Source of the DNA: Planctomycetaceae bacterium
Lineage (GTDB): Bacteria > Planctomycetota > Planctomycetia > Planctomycetales > Planctomycetaceae
Direction: 5' to 3'
Assembly (NCBI GenBank): GCA_046349675.1
Contig: JAXMBW010000020.1
Span: 2,741 to 66,740 of the forward strand
Length of the DNA: 64,000 bases
This document shows positions 1-8,956 of the stretch, piece by piece. The notes under the pieces were generated by a model that saw only the letters and a list, made by a program, of their open reading frames with translations, was not told the origin of the DNA and did not search any database. Position 1 is the stretch's first letter; every line of letters starts with the position of its first letter. A program made the position numbers and the translations under genes.

Positions 1-163
1 GCTGAACCACCTGAAGTACACGGGAGGCAAAGGCTACGGGTATCTGCTGGAGACCTTCGTCCCGATGTTGCGGGACCGTGGCGTGACCGACGAACAGATT
101 CACCAGATCATGGTCGTGAATCCGGCGCGGGCCTTCTCACGGAGACGCCGCGATGCTGTCTGA
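1..163 (+). CDS. phosphotriesterase-related (PTE/PhP family) hydrolase, C-terminal fragment; 5' end lies outside the window
   Basis: Frame 2 is open from the window edge to TGA at 161-163. The tail ...RGVTDEQIHQIMVVNPARAF resembles the C-terminus of PTE-family TIM-barrel hydrolases. It overlaps the next start by 11 nt. Confidence 0.55.
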   Translation, partial: LNHLKYTGGKGYGYLLETFVPMLRDRGVTDEQIHQIMVVNPARAFSRRRRDAV

Positions 164-1364
164 ACTGATGCAGCGTTTGAACTTCCAGCCGATCATCAAC
201 GCAGTGGGGTATGCCACACGCGTGAGCGGAAGCTGCCCGCACCCCGACATTATCGACGCCGTGCGCGAAGCGAGCTCGCGTTTCTGGGAGGTCGACGACC
301 TGCTGACCGCAGCCAGTACGCTGATACGTGAGTCGACGGGCGCCGAGGCGGGAATCGTGACCAGCGGAGCCAGCGCTGCTCTCGCGCTGGCAGCTGCAGC
401 TTGCCTGGCGGGGAACGATCCCGACATCATGGACCGGTTACCCGACACCACCGGATGTGCGCGGGACGAGATCATCTATCCGATCTCTGGGCCGTATGAC
501 TACGACCACCCCATTCGACTCGCCGGGGCGAAGCTGGTGACGGTCGACTATCGGGCCGACGATGCGATCGCACGCATTGAACGAGCGATCACACCACGCA
601 CTGCGGCGATCGGGTATGTGTGGCTGACCTTGCGAGAGATGCCCGACATCGGAGCGCTGGTGGAGCTGGCCCATCGGCATGGAGTTCCAGTGATCGTCGA
701 TGCCGCGTGTGCCCTGCCTCCGGCGACGAACCTGACTTCGATTATTGGTCGCGGGGCCGATCTGGTGGCCTATAGCGGCGGAAAACATCTGGGCGGACCA
801 CAGGCGTCGGGGATCTTGTGTGGGCGTGAGGAGTTGATCCGCAGTGCCTGGGTCCAGATGGTCGACATGGATGTGCGAGCCGGAACATGGTCATTGCAGC
901 GCTGGGTCGATGATGGCTGGATCTCGCGTTCACCCCGCCACGGAATCGGCCGATCGATGAAGGTGAGCAAGGAATCGATCGTGGGACTGATGGCAGCTCT
1001 CGCACGCTATGCAAAGCGTGATCATGCGGCGGAGTATGCGAGCTGGAAGGCCACTATCGCCCAGATTCACGCAGGTGTCCGGGACCTGAAACCTCTCCGA
1101 GTGACAGCTCTGGACACCGCCCTCAACGGCCAGAAGATCCCGTTACTTCAGATCGAAACGGGCGAGGCTCCAGTGGGTTTGCGGGCGCGAGATCTCGTTC
1201 TGGCCCTCAGACAATGGCGACGCAAGATCGTCCTTGCAGAAGATGAGCAATCCCCCGACCGGGTGTTTCTCTATGCCCAATGCCTGCAGCCGGGAGATGC
1301 CGAAGAAATCATCGCGGCAATTCAACACATCACCCATGAGCATCAGGAGCGGACCACGCGATGA
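153..1364 (+). CDS. SelA/DgaE-like PLP-dependent enzyme
   Basis: 403-aa ORF. SGGKHLGGPQASG matches the PLP-lysine loop of the SelA / D-glucosaminate-6-P ammonia-lyase family. It overlaps both neighbouring genes, with an ATGA overlap at 1361-1364. Confidence 0.75.
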   Translation: MLSELMQRLNFQPIINAVGYATRVSGSCPHPDIIDAVREASSRFWEVDDLLTAASTLIRESTGAEAGIVTSGASAALALAAAACLAGNDPDIMDRLPDTTGCARDEIIYPISGPYDYDHPIRLAGAKLVTVDYRADDAIARIERAITPRTAAIGYVWLTLREMPDIGALVELAHRHGVPVIVDAACALPPATNLTSIIGRGADLVAYSGGKHLGGPQASGILCGREELIRSAWVQMVDMDVRAGTWSLQRWVDDGWISRSPRHGIGRSMKVSKESIVGLMAALARYAKRDHAAEYASWKATIAQIHAGVRDLKPLRVTALDTALNGQKIPLLQIETGEAPVGLRARDLVLALRQWRRKIVLAEDEQSPDRVFLYAQCLQPGDAEEIIAAIQHITHEHQERTTR

Positions 1365-2560
1365 CACATTCCGCTGACTCACTGATCCGCAATGGCCAGG
1401 TCTACGACGGAACCGGCAGCCCGCCCCAACGTGTCGACATCCGAATCGTGCAAGGGCGAATTCAGGAGATCGGCCCGAATCTCAAACCTCAGGGTGAGGA
1501 ACTGGTCGAGGCGGACGGCTTGATCGTGGCTCCCGGTTTGATTGACCTGCATGTCCATGTCTTCAGCGGGATCGGGCTCTACTCGATCGATCCCTTTGAA
1601 GCGGGTCTGCGAACCGGCGTGACGACAATGCTCGACACCGGGACGGCGGGGGCACTGACCTATGCCAACATGGCCCGCTTCATCATGCCCGCTGCGGCCG
1701 AGGACATTTACGCCCTGCTGAACATCTCGATGATTGGAGCGATCCAGGGACACCCCGACTTCCCGCCATTCATGGGGGATCTCAACGACGGGCGGCATGC
1801 TCACGTTCCCTCCGCCGTCGAGTGCGTGAAGCGATTCCCCGATCGGCTGGTCGGGATGAAGGTCCGATTGACCTCGGGCCTGGCGAACTACGACGAGAAG
1901 AATGAGTGGGCCGGCTTTCACGGGGTGTTCGAAGCGGCCGACCTCACTCGGCGTCCCTGCATGATCCACCATGCAGCTTCGAAGATCCCGACCGAGACCG
2001 TGCTGAAGACTTTACGTCCGGGGGACATTTACACCCACCTGTACAACCCACATCCCGATCATGTGTTCGACCTGCATGGGGCACCGCTCGATGCCCTTCT
2101 GGAGGCTCGATCACGCGGTGTTCTCTTTGATGTGGGGCACGGTGTCGGGGCATTCGCCTGGAGAGTGGCTGAGCCCGCCTGCCAGAAGCACGGCTTCTGG
2201 CCTGACACGATCAGCACCGACATTCATCACTTCAACCTGCACGGTCCGGTCTTCGACATGCCGACCACGATGAGCAAGTTTCTCTACCTCGGCATGCCGC
2301 TGGAACTGGTCATCCAGGCCTCAACATCGGCCCCTGCTGCCGCCATGGGGTTGCAGGACCGGGTCGGCACGTTGAAAGTCGGGCAACAAGCTGACATCGT
2401 TCTCATGAGGCATGAACGTGGAAACTTTCCACTGGTCGATGTCGAACAGCAAACCCGACTTTCGCCCGAACGACTGGCCGCTGTGAGAGTCTGCAAGCAA
2501 GGACGCTGGGTGGATTGCGATCTCACCTCCCCCTCTGGCGAAAGAATCCCGCGCCGCTGA
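1361..2560 (+). CDS. amidohydrolase-superfamily metallohydrolase (deacetylase/dihydroorotase-like)
   Basis: 399-aa ORF. It has the N-terminal GLIDLHVHVF metal-binding HxH motif and further conserved His/Asp residues (MIHHA, DVGHG, STDIHH). Confidence 0.8.
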   Translation: MTHSADSLIRNGQVYDGTGSPPQRVDIRIVQGRIQEIGPNLKPQGEELVEADGLIVAPGLIDLHVHVFSGIGLYSIDPFEAGLRTGVTTMLDTGTAGALTYANMARFIMPAAAEDIYALLNISMIGAIQGHPDFPPFMGDLNDGRHAHVPSAVECVKRFPDRLVGMKVRLTSGLANYDEKNEWAGFHGVFEAADLTRRPCMIHHAASKIPTETVLKTLRPGDIYTHLYNPHPDHVFDLHGAPLDALLEARSRGVLFDVGHGVGAFAWRVAEPACQKHGFWPDTISTDIHHFNLHGPVFDMPTTMSKFLYLGMPLELVIQASTSAPAAAMGLQDRVGTLKVGQQADIVLMRHERGNFPLVDVEQQTRLSPERLAAVRVCKQGRWVDCDLTSPSGERIPRR

Positions 2561-2611
2561 ACACTCGTGGTTGTTTCGACCCTCCTCCTCTGAGCGCCTC
2601 TGGAACTCAAT

Positions 2612-2645
2612 GAAAACAGCCCCGAGGATTAGTACTCCCCGGGGC
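2612..2645 (-). terminator. hairpin between convergent genes, probable intrinsic terminator of the giant exoprotein gene
   Basis: GCCCCGAGG (2619-2627) pairs with CCCCGGGGC (2637-2645), giving 9 bp with 1 mismatch. On the minus strand it is followed by TGTTTTCA. Confidence 0.5.
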
Positions 2646-2693
2646 CGTTTGAATCGGTTCTTCGATCGTCGATGAGTTACCGCGATCACGACT

Positions 2694-5600
2694 CTACGAG
2701 TAGATGATCGAGTCGGAACCACCGCCACCGACAATCGTGTCCACACCGCCGCCGCCACGCAGGATGTTGTTGCCCGAGTTCCCCGTCAGCTGATCGTTGT
2801 AGATGGAACCGGTCAGATTCTCGATCTGAGAGAGTGTGTCGACGCCAGCTCCCCCAGACGACTTATTAGTCACAAGGCTGACGATCACCACTGAACCCGC
2901 TGTGGAGTAGTTGGCCGTGTCGGAGCCTGCTCCACCGATGATGATGTCACTTCCTCCGTTGCCGGTGAGAAGGTCATCTCCGGAACCGCCCGAGAGCGTG
3001 TCATTCAGGTCTCCGCCACTGATCGTATCGTTCCCGTTTCCGCCAGTAATCGACACAGCCCAAGTGGCCCCGGTGGCATTCAGAATATTGTTATATGTCG
3101 AAGTGCTCGCGTTCACCTTTTCGAGCTGGCCAGCTGTCAGGTTCAGGTTCACCGCACCCGTGGCCCCCGAGAGGTTGGCGGTGTCTGTCCCGTTCCCGCC
3201 GATGACACTGGTGTCGAGGTTGTCAAAGACCAGCGTGTCGTTCCCCTCACCTCCGTCCAGAACATCGGCTCCAGTCCCACCGGTCAGCGAGTCGTTGCCG
3301 CCGTTGCCGACCAAACTGTCGTTGCCCGCCCCTCCATTGAGGGTGTCGTTCATGTTGCCACCGATGAGCGTATCGTTGCCATTGCTGCCCGTCAGCGACA
3401 CGGCCCATGTGGCTCCAGCGGCATTCAGAGTGTTGTTATAGCTGGAGGTTCCGACACTGGCCCTTTCGATCTGGCCAATGGTCAGATTCAGGTTCACCCC
3501 AGCTGTGGCTCCTGATACTGTCGCGGTGTCGATCCCATTGCCACCGACAACACTCGTGTCGAGGTTGTCGAAGATCAACGAGTCGTTGCCTTCCCCGCCA
3601 TCCAAGGCATCAGCCCCTGCCCCACCGACGAGGGAGTCGTTCCCACCGTTGCCGACCAGGCTGTCGTTACCGGCTCCTCCATTGAGGGTGTCATTCATAT
3701 TGCCGCCGAGGAGCGTGTCGTTGCCGTTGCTGCCTGTCAAAGACACAGCCCACGTCGCACCAGCGGCATTCAGGGTATTGTTATAGCTGGAGGTCCCGAC
3801 ACTGGCCCTTTCGATCTGGCCCAATGTGAGGTTCAGGTTCACTGCTGCGGTGGCTCCCGACACTGTCGCGGTATCGGTTCCATTGCCACCGACGACGCTC
3901 GTATCGAGGTTGTCGAAGTACAGCGAGTCGTTACCTTCCCCGCCGTCCAGGGCATCGGCTCCAGCCCCGCCGGTCAAGTTGTCGTTCCCGCCGTTGCCGA
4001 CGAGACTGTCGTCACCCGAGCCACCACTGAGGGTGTCGTTCATATTGCCGCCGATGAGCGTGTCGTTGCCGTTGCTGCCCGTCAAAGAGACAGCCCACGT
4101 CGCACCAGCTGCGTTCAGAATGTGGTTGTAACTGGAGGTTCCGACGCTGGCCTTTTCGATCTGGCCCAGAGTCAGGTTCAGGTTGACTCCCGCAGTGGCT
4201 CCCGACACTGTGGCGGTATCGGTCCCATTGCCACCGAGCACGCTCGTATCGAGGTTATCGAAGTTCAGCGTGTCGTTGCCTTCCCCACCATCCAGAACAT
4301 CCGCCCCGGTGCCGCCGGTCAAGTTATCGTTGCCGCCGTTACCGACCAGGCTGTCGTTCCCCGCCCCTCCATTGAGGGTGTCGTTCATGTTGCCGCCGAT
4401 GAGCGTGTCGTTGCCGTTACTGCCCGTCAGCGATACGGCCCATGTGGCTCCAGCGGCATTCAGAGTATTGTTGTAACTGGAGGTTCCGACACTGGCCTTT
4501 TCGATCTGGCCCAGAGTCAGATTCAGGTTGACTCCCGCAGTGGCTCCCGACACCGTCGCGGTATCGGTCCCGTTGCCCCCGATGACGCTTGTATCGAGGT
4601 TGTCGAAGTTCAGCAAGTCGTTGCCTTCTCCACCATCGAGGACATCAGCCCCTGCTCCGCCGGTGAGAGTGTCATTTCCATCGCCACCGCTGATTCGGTT
4701 CGCGTTCGAGTCACCCGTCAGGGTATCGTTAAAGCTGGAGCCGATGAGGTTCTCGACTCCCGAGATCGTGTCTGTTCCCGCCCCCACCGTGTTTTGAGCG
4801 GTCAGCGTGGCGAGCGACACTTTGACTGCGGTCGTTGCCTGAATGTAGCTCAGCGTGTCGATACCCGAGCCGCCATCGATGGTGTCATTCCCGCGGCCGC
4901 TCACGAGCGTGTCGTCCCCGTCACCACCTTGCATACTGCCGACAATCGTGGTCCCCAGCGACGAATCCAGCCGCAAGAGATCGTTCCCTCCGAGACCCAC
5001 CAGGTTCACCCGCGTCAAACTCGTCAGCAGGATACCCGTATCGGTGACGGAGTAGCCGTCATCAATCTTGACGATTCCGCCCACACTGAATACGCGGATG
5101 ATGTCGTTGCCGCCTGATCCGGTGACCGTGAGGACGCCTGAGACCACTCCCGGTGTCAGTGGCGTTGATTCAAAGGCTCCGATGTCGACGGTCCCGGTGG
5201 CGATTCGCGAATATCCGACTCCCCGCTGGTCGGTTAACAAAGCAGCATTCCCGGACGTCGGATCGACTGCAAAGGCGTTGTTCCCACGATTCAGCGCGGG
5301 GCTGTCCAGCTTAAGAGCATGAGTGGCGGTCGGGCCGCCGTTGTTCTGAAGTGGTCCAATCTTGGGGTCGAACGGAGTCGCAGCTGTGCCGACGAAATTT
5401 CCATTGGCACCAGGTGTCGTCCCCACAGTGGCTGTGAGGCCGGTTCCCAAATCAGCTCCAATGAGGCTGTAACCGACACTCACGGTCCCGGATGTCGGCG
5501 CCATGAAATCGGGAGCGGTTCCCGAATCGGTGTTGAGGGCGACAATGCTGTTGCGGATAGTCAGATTCGAGGTGTCGCCATAGATCGCACCTCCGACACT

Positions 5601-6758
5601 CGCGGTGGCTTGGTTTCCGGTCAGCGTGCTTTGGCTGATGAGGATCGCGCCGCCCGCCTGAACGAAGATGGCACCGCCGTCAGCATCGGTTCCCGTCGTC
5701 GAATTCCCCGAGAACGTGCTCTGGCTGACGGTGACACTCCCGCCATCGGAGAAGATCGCTCCGCCACTGGCGTTGTTTCCCGTCGTGGAATTCCCCGATA
5801 ACGTACTGCGTGAAACGGTCACCGAACGTTCTGATGCATAGACCGCGCCGCCTTCCGCACGCAGTCCCGACGTACTGTTGCCAGACAACGTGCTGCGATC
5901 GAGCTGGACAGCTCCGAACGAGAAGATCGCTCCTCCGCTCGAATCGTTACCGGCCGTGGAGTTCCCTGACAACGTACTCTGATAGACGTTCACATCGCCG
6001 AAGTTCGAGGCCACAGCTCCACCGCCGGCGTTGATATGGGCCGTCGAGTTCCCGCTCAGCGTTGACAGAGAAAGCGTGATCGAACCGCTGTAGGCGGCGA
6101 TCGCTCCACCGCCTGCATTGCTTCCCGTCGTCCAGTTTCCGGACAACGTCGACTCGCTGACCACCACGGGGCCGAAGTAACTCAGAATGGCACCGCCATC
6201 GGAGTCGGTCCCGGTGGTCGAGCTGGCTGTAATCTGGCTGCGCTCGATCGATAGCGTCCCCGCGGACGTGGAGCGAATGGCACCGCCTCCCTGGCTGTTC
6301 GCAGTCGTTTTTCCACGGGTGAGCGTCAGTGACTCGATGGTCACGTCGCCCGCAGTGATCCCGAAAATGCGGGAGAGATTTTGAGCATCGATGACGGTAT
6401 TCGAGGTCCCGTTCCCGGTGATCCTCAGTGAGTCCGTGATGTTCATCTGCCCCAGGCTGAGGTTGATCGTCCCGTTCAAGCCCGGAGCGAACGAAATGGT
6501 GTCAGCCCCACTCAGCCCATTCGCAGCAAGGACCGCTTCGCGCAGGGTGGTCAGTCCGTCGCCGCTGGTCGTATTGTCAGCCAGACTGTTGACGACGATC
6601 GCCGCCAGCAACGTTCGGTCTTCGAGTGCGTGTCCCCGGCTCAGGACACGTTGAGTCACCCCCGAACATTTCCGAGAACTCCCGAAGAGCGACTTCCAGG
6701 TGGACGTGACTTGCTGTTGCCAAAACCGAGCAATTCGACCACTGATTGAATTGAGCAT
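2694..6758 (-). CDS. giant secreted beta-helix / RTX-type Ca-binding repeat exoprotein (adhesin-like)
   Basis: The ORF is open to ATG 6836 (1380 aa). ATG 6758 (MLNSISGRIARFWQQQ...) is the more plausible start. It has an LEDRTLLAA motif and a TTLREAVLAAN (CSLREA-like) motif. Nine GGA[IV] beta-helix turns occupy aa 183-420. LQNNGGPTATHAL and DQRG..DIGAFE motifs follow. There are many GGxGxD nonapeptides and five 115-aa tandem units. Confidence 0.9.
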   Translation of the reverse strand: MLNSISGRIARFWQQQVTSTWKSLFGSSRKCSGVTQRVLSRGHALEDRTLLAAIVVNSLADNTTSGDGLTTLREAVLAANGLSGADTISFAPGLNGTINLSLGQMNITDSLRITGNGTSNTVIDAQNLSRIFGITAGDVTIESLTLTRGKTTANSQGGGAIRSTSAGTLSIERSQITASSTTGTDSDGGAILSYFGPVVVSESTLSGNWTTGSNAGGGAIAAYSGSITLSLSTLSGNSTAHINAGGGAVASNFGDVNVYQSTLSGNSTAGNDSSGGAIFSFGAVQLDRSTLSGNSTSGLRAEGGAVYASERSVTVSRSTLSGNSTTGNNASGGAIFSDGGSVTVSQSTFSGNSTTGTDADGGAIFVQAGGAILISQSTLTGNQATASVGGAIYGDTSNLTIRNSIVALNTDSGTAPDFMAPTSGTVSVGYSLIGADLGTGLTATVGTTPGANGNFVGTAATPFDPKIGPLQNNGGPTATHALKLDSPALNRGNNAFAVDPTSGNAALLTDQRGVGYSRIATGTVDIGAFESTPLTPGVVSGVLTVTGSGGNDIIRVFSVGGIVKIDDGYSVTDTGILLTSLTRVNLVGLGGNDLLRLDSSLGTTIVGSMQGGDGDDTLVSGRGNDTIDGGSGIDTLSYIQATTAVKVSLATLTAQNTVGAGTDTISGVENLIGSSFNDTLTGDSNANRISGGDGNDTLTGGAGADVLDGGEGNDLLNFDNLDTSVIGGNGTDTATVSGATAGVNLNLTLGQIEKASVGTSSYNNTLNAAGATWAVSLTGSNGNDTLIGGNMNDTLNGGAGNDSLVGNGGNDNLTGGTGADVLDGGEGNDTLNFDNLDTSVLGGNGTDTATVSGATAGVNLNLTLGQIEKASVGTSSYNHILNAAGATWAVSLTGSNGNDTLIGGNMNDTLSGGSGDDSLVGNGGNDNLTGGAGADALDGGEGNDSLYFDNLDTSVVGGNGTDTATVSGATAAVNLNLTLGQIERASVGTSSYNNTLNAAGATWAVSLTGSNGNDTLLGGNMNDTLNGGAGNDSLVGNGGNDSLVGGAGADALDGGEGNDSLIFDNLDTSVVGGNGIDTATVSGATAGVNLNLTIGQIERASVGTSSYNNTLNAAGATWAVSLTGSNGNDTLIGGNMNDTLNGGAGNDSLVGNGGNDSLTGGTGADVLDGGEGNDTLVFDNLDTSVIGGNGTDTANLSGATGAVNLNLTAGQLEKVNASTSTYNNILNATGATWAVSITGGNGNDTISGGDLNDTLSGGSGDDLLTGNGGSDIIIGGAGSDTANYSTAGSVVIVSLVTNKSSGGAGVDTLSQIENLTGSIYNDQLTGNSGNNILRGGGGVDTIVGGGGSDSIIYS
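2889..4613 (-). repeat. five tandem 345-bp (115-aa) coding repeats inside the exoprotein gene
   Basis: Unit starts on the minus strand are 4613, 4268, 3923, 3578 and 3233, each beginning L-x-F-D-N-L-D-T-S-V. Units 1-4 are nearly identical at protein level. Unit 5 is diverged. Confidence 0.9.
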
Positions 6759-7393
6759 CTGGGGGGCAATCCGGAAAACACAGGAGATCAGAGCCATGGG
6801 GGAGAACACCACTGTCGAGAGTGGATCAGGCTCCATGTGACTATGTTTCCTGTTTTCGATTCGTGATCGAATTACTCACCAGCCAGAAAGCCATCCATTC
6901 GTTTTTTCGGGGTACGAAGCCGGTTACGTTGTCCTGGTAAAATGATCGGACGGTGTTTAACGAAACGGTGCGACCCCGATTGCACCAGACATGCACAGTT
7001 TAATGTTCGTAGCAAGGGGGCGGGCTGCATCAGGTAGATCGATGAAGACTGGTAACGATTCACACTCTGAGCCAGATCGAAGTATCGGGAGGGGAGAGCC
7101 GGCCTCATGTGCATGCCGTCCACATGCACACCTCTCTCGCCATTGTTGGCTTCACCAGAACTGCAACCAGCTATCCAAAATAAAAACACGCAAGGGAGCT
7201 GTGGGCCGACGAACTCCCCTGCGTTTGCCAGCAACCAGGCCAGCTTCACAACTTTAGGAGGTGAACGCCTGACGAGAGGGCGAATACCCGCAAACCTCCG
7301 CAATTGCAGCCTAAACCCGCGAACGCTTGCAGCCTCCACCGCAGGCGTCACACTCAATTTGCTGGATCAACACGACGCTTAAGGTGCCCCAAT

Positions 7394-8884
7394 ATGCGGA
7401 TCGCAGTCGGCGGAATCTCTCACGAGACCAGTTCCTTCTCCAAACTTCCGACCCGAGTGGCTGACTTTGAAGCCGGGTTCGGGATCTATCGCGGCCCGGA
7501 GATCTTCAAACGCTTCACCAATACGAATATCTGTACCGGAGGTTTCATCGACGGGGGAAAGAAGCACGGATTCGAGATCGTGCCCCTGTTGTGGGCCTTT
7601 GCGTATCCCGCCGGTCTGATCGTGCGAGAAGATTACGAAGCACTTAAGCAGGAGTTCCTCGACCGGTTGAAGGAAGCAGAAGCGGAGGGTGGCCCCGTCG
7701 ACGGTGTGCTGCTCGATCTGCACGGAGCGATGGTGATCGAGGGAATCGATGATGGTGACGGTGACTTCGTCGAAGCGGTCCGAAAGTACCTTGGCCCCGA
7801 TCGCCCGGTGGTGGTGACTTTCGACCTGCACGGGAATCACACGCAGCGGCGGGTCGATGCCGCCACGGCGATCATCGGTTTCGACACCTATCCGCACGTC
7901 GACATGGCAGAGCGGGGGCGCGAGGCTGCCGACTTGATCGTGCGGACGATTCGACACGAAGTTCAGCCGGTGATGGCTCTGCGTCCGATCCCGATGTTCT
8001 GGGGAACTCCGACACAGGTGACCGCTCATCCTCCAATGAATGAGGTGCTGCAACGGGTTCACGACCTGGAGAAGCGGCCGGGAATTCTCTCGGTCACGAT
8101 CTCGACCGGGTTCCCCTGGGCCGATGTTCCGGATGTGGGAGTCAGCGTCATCGTCGTCGCGGATCGAGATCAGGCTCTGGCGACTGCAACCGCGGAAGAG
8201 CTGGCGTCGTGGGTCTGGGACAATCGTCAACGCTGGTATGCACCACCGACCCGCGTTCGCGATGCGATCCGACAAGGAGAACAGCTGGGCCGCTACCCGA
8301 TCATCCTGGCCGATCAAGCTGACAACACGGGAGGTGGGGCTCCGGGCGACTCGACAGAGATCCTGCGAACGTTCATTGACCTCAATCTGCAGGATGCGGT
8401 GGTGCTCTACATCGTCGATCCCGAGGTCGCCCAGCTGGCCCACCAGGCGGGAGTCGGCCAGCGAATTCAGGTTCAGGTCGGTGGCAAGTCTGATCCGATT
8501 CAGGGTCCGCCGGTCGAGATGAACGCCGAGGTCATGGCGATCTCGCATGGCGACTTCACCTACGACGGGCCGATGTATGCGGGGCTGACCGGCAACATGG
8601 GTTGCTCAGCCTGGCTTCAGCAGGACGGAGTTTCGGTCGTCGTGGTCACTGCGGCTGAGCAACCGTTGGGACCGGCGTTCGCCAAGACACTCGGGATCGA
8701 TTGTCCGGCGATGAAGTACATTGCGGTGAAGTCCTCGGTTCACTTCCGGTCGGGCTTTGAACGGTTCGCGGGCTCGATCACTAACGTCGATGCGGCGGGG
8801 ACACATACTCACGACTTCACCCAGCTGGCCTACAAGAAACGAACTCGCCCGGTGTTCCCGGTGGAGATTCCGCCGCAAAGATAG
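7394..8884 (+). CDS. M81 family metallopeptidase (MlrC-like)
   Basis: MRIAVGGISHETSSFS is the typical MlrC N-terminus. The ORF is open from 7304, but ATG 7394 fits the family start. Confidence 0.8.
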   Translation: MRIAVGGISHETSSFSKLPTRVADFEAGFGIYRGPEIFKRFTNTNICTGGFIDGGKKHGFEIVPLLWAFAYPAGLIVREDYEALKQEFLDRLKEAEAEGGPVDGVLLDLHGAMVIEGIDDGDGDFVEAVRKYLGPDRPVVVTFDLHGNHTQRRVDAATAIIGFDTYPHVDMAERGREAADLIVRTIRHEVQPVMALRPIPMFWGTPTQVTAHPPMNEVLQRVHDLEKRPGILSVTISTGFPWADVPDVGVSVIVVADRDQALATATAEELASWVWDNRQRWYAPPTRVRDAIRQGEQLGRYPIILADQADNTGGGAPGDSTEILRTFIDLNLQDAVVLYIVDPEVAQLAHQAGVGQRIQVQVGGKSDPIQGPPVEMNAEVMAISHGDFTYDGPMYAGLTGNMGCSAWLQQDGVSVVVVTAAEQPLGPAFAKTLGIDCPAMKYIAVKSSVHFRSGFERFAGSITNVDAAGTHTHDFTQLAYKKRTRPVFPVEIPPQR

Positions 8885-8956
8885 TCGGTGACTCGCGTCC
8901 GCCTCGAAGATATAATTTCCGACTGATGCGAAATTCTCTCACCAGTCATTTTGTGG

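Noticed and set aside
2889-4613. Regularly spaced repeats that could be mistaken for a CRISPR or satellite array
   Set aside because: The units are 345 bp and contiguous with no unique spacers. They lie in frame inside one long ORF encoding conserved Ca-binding repeats.
4122-5117. 331-aa plus-strand ORF, plus a ladder of 90-180-aa plus-strand ORFs from 2911 to 4797
   Set aside because: They are antisense to the RTX/beta-helix gene. Their periodic appearance mirrors the 345-bp repeats. Their composition (Val/Arg/Ser/Pro-rich, no motifs) is typical of shadow ORFs in GC-rich DNA.
6759-7393. ORFs 6872-7357 (minus), 6991-7257 and 7107-7382 (plus), and the 7304 start of the MlrC ORF, all in the divergent intergenic region
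   Set aside because: They have no motifs, odd composition and mutually overlapping frames. The region more likely holds the two divergent promoters. The short inverted repeat TGTGCATG-N7-CATGCACA near 7105-7130 is too short to interpret.
7379-8548. 389-aa minus-strand ORF
   Set aside because: It is antisense to the MlrC-like gene, which has clear family motifs. The antisense product is Arg/Asp-rich with no motifs.
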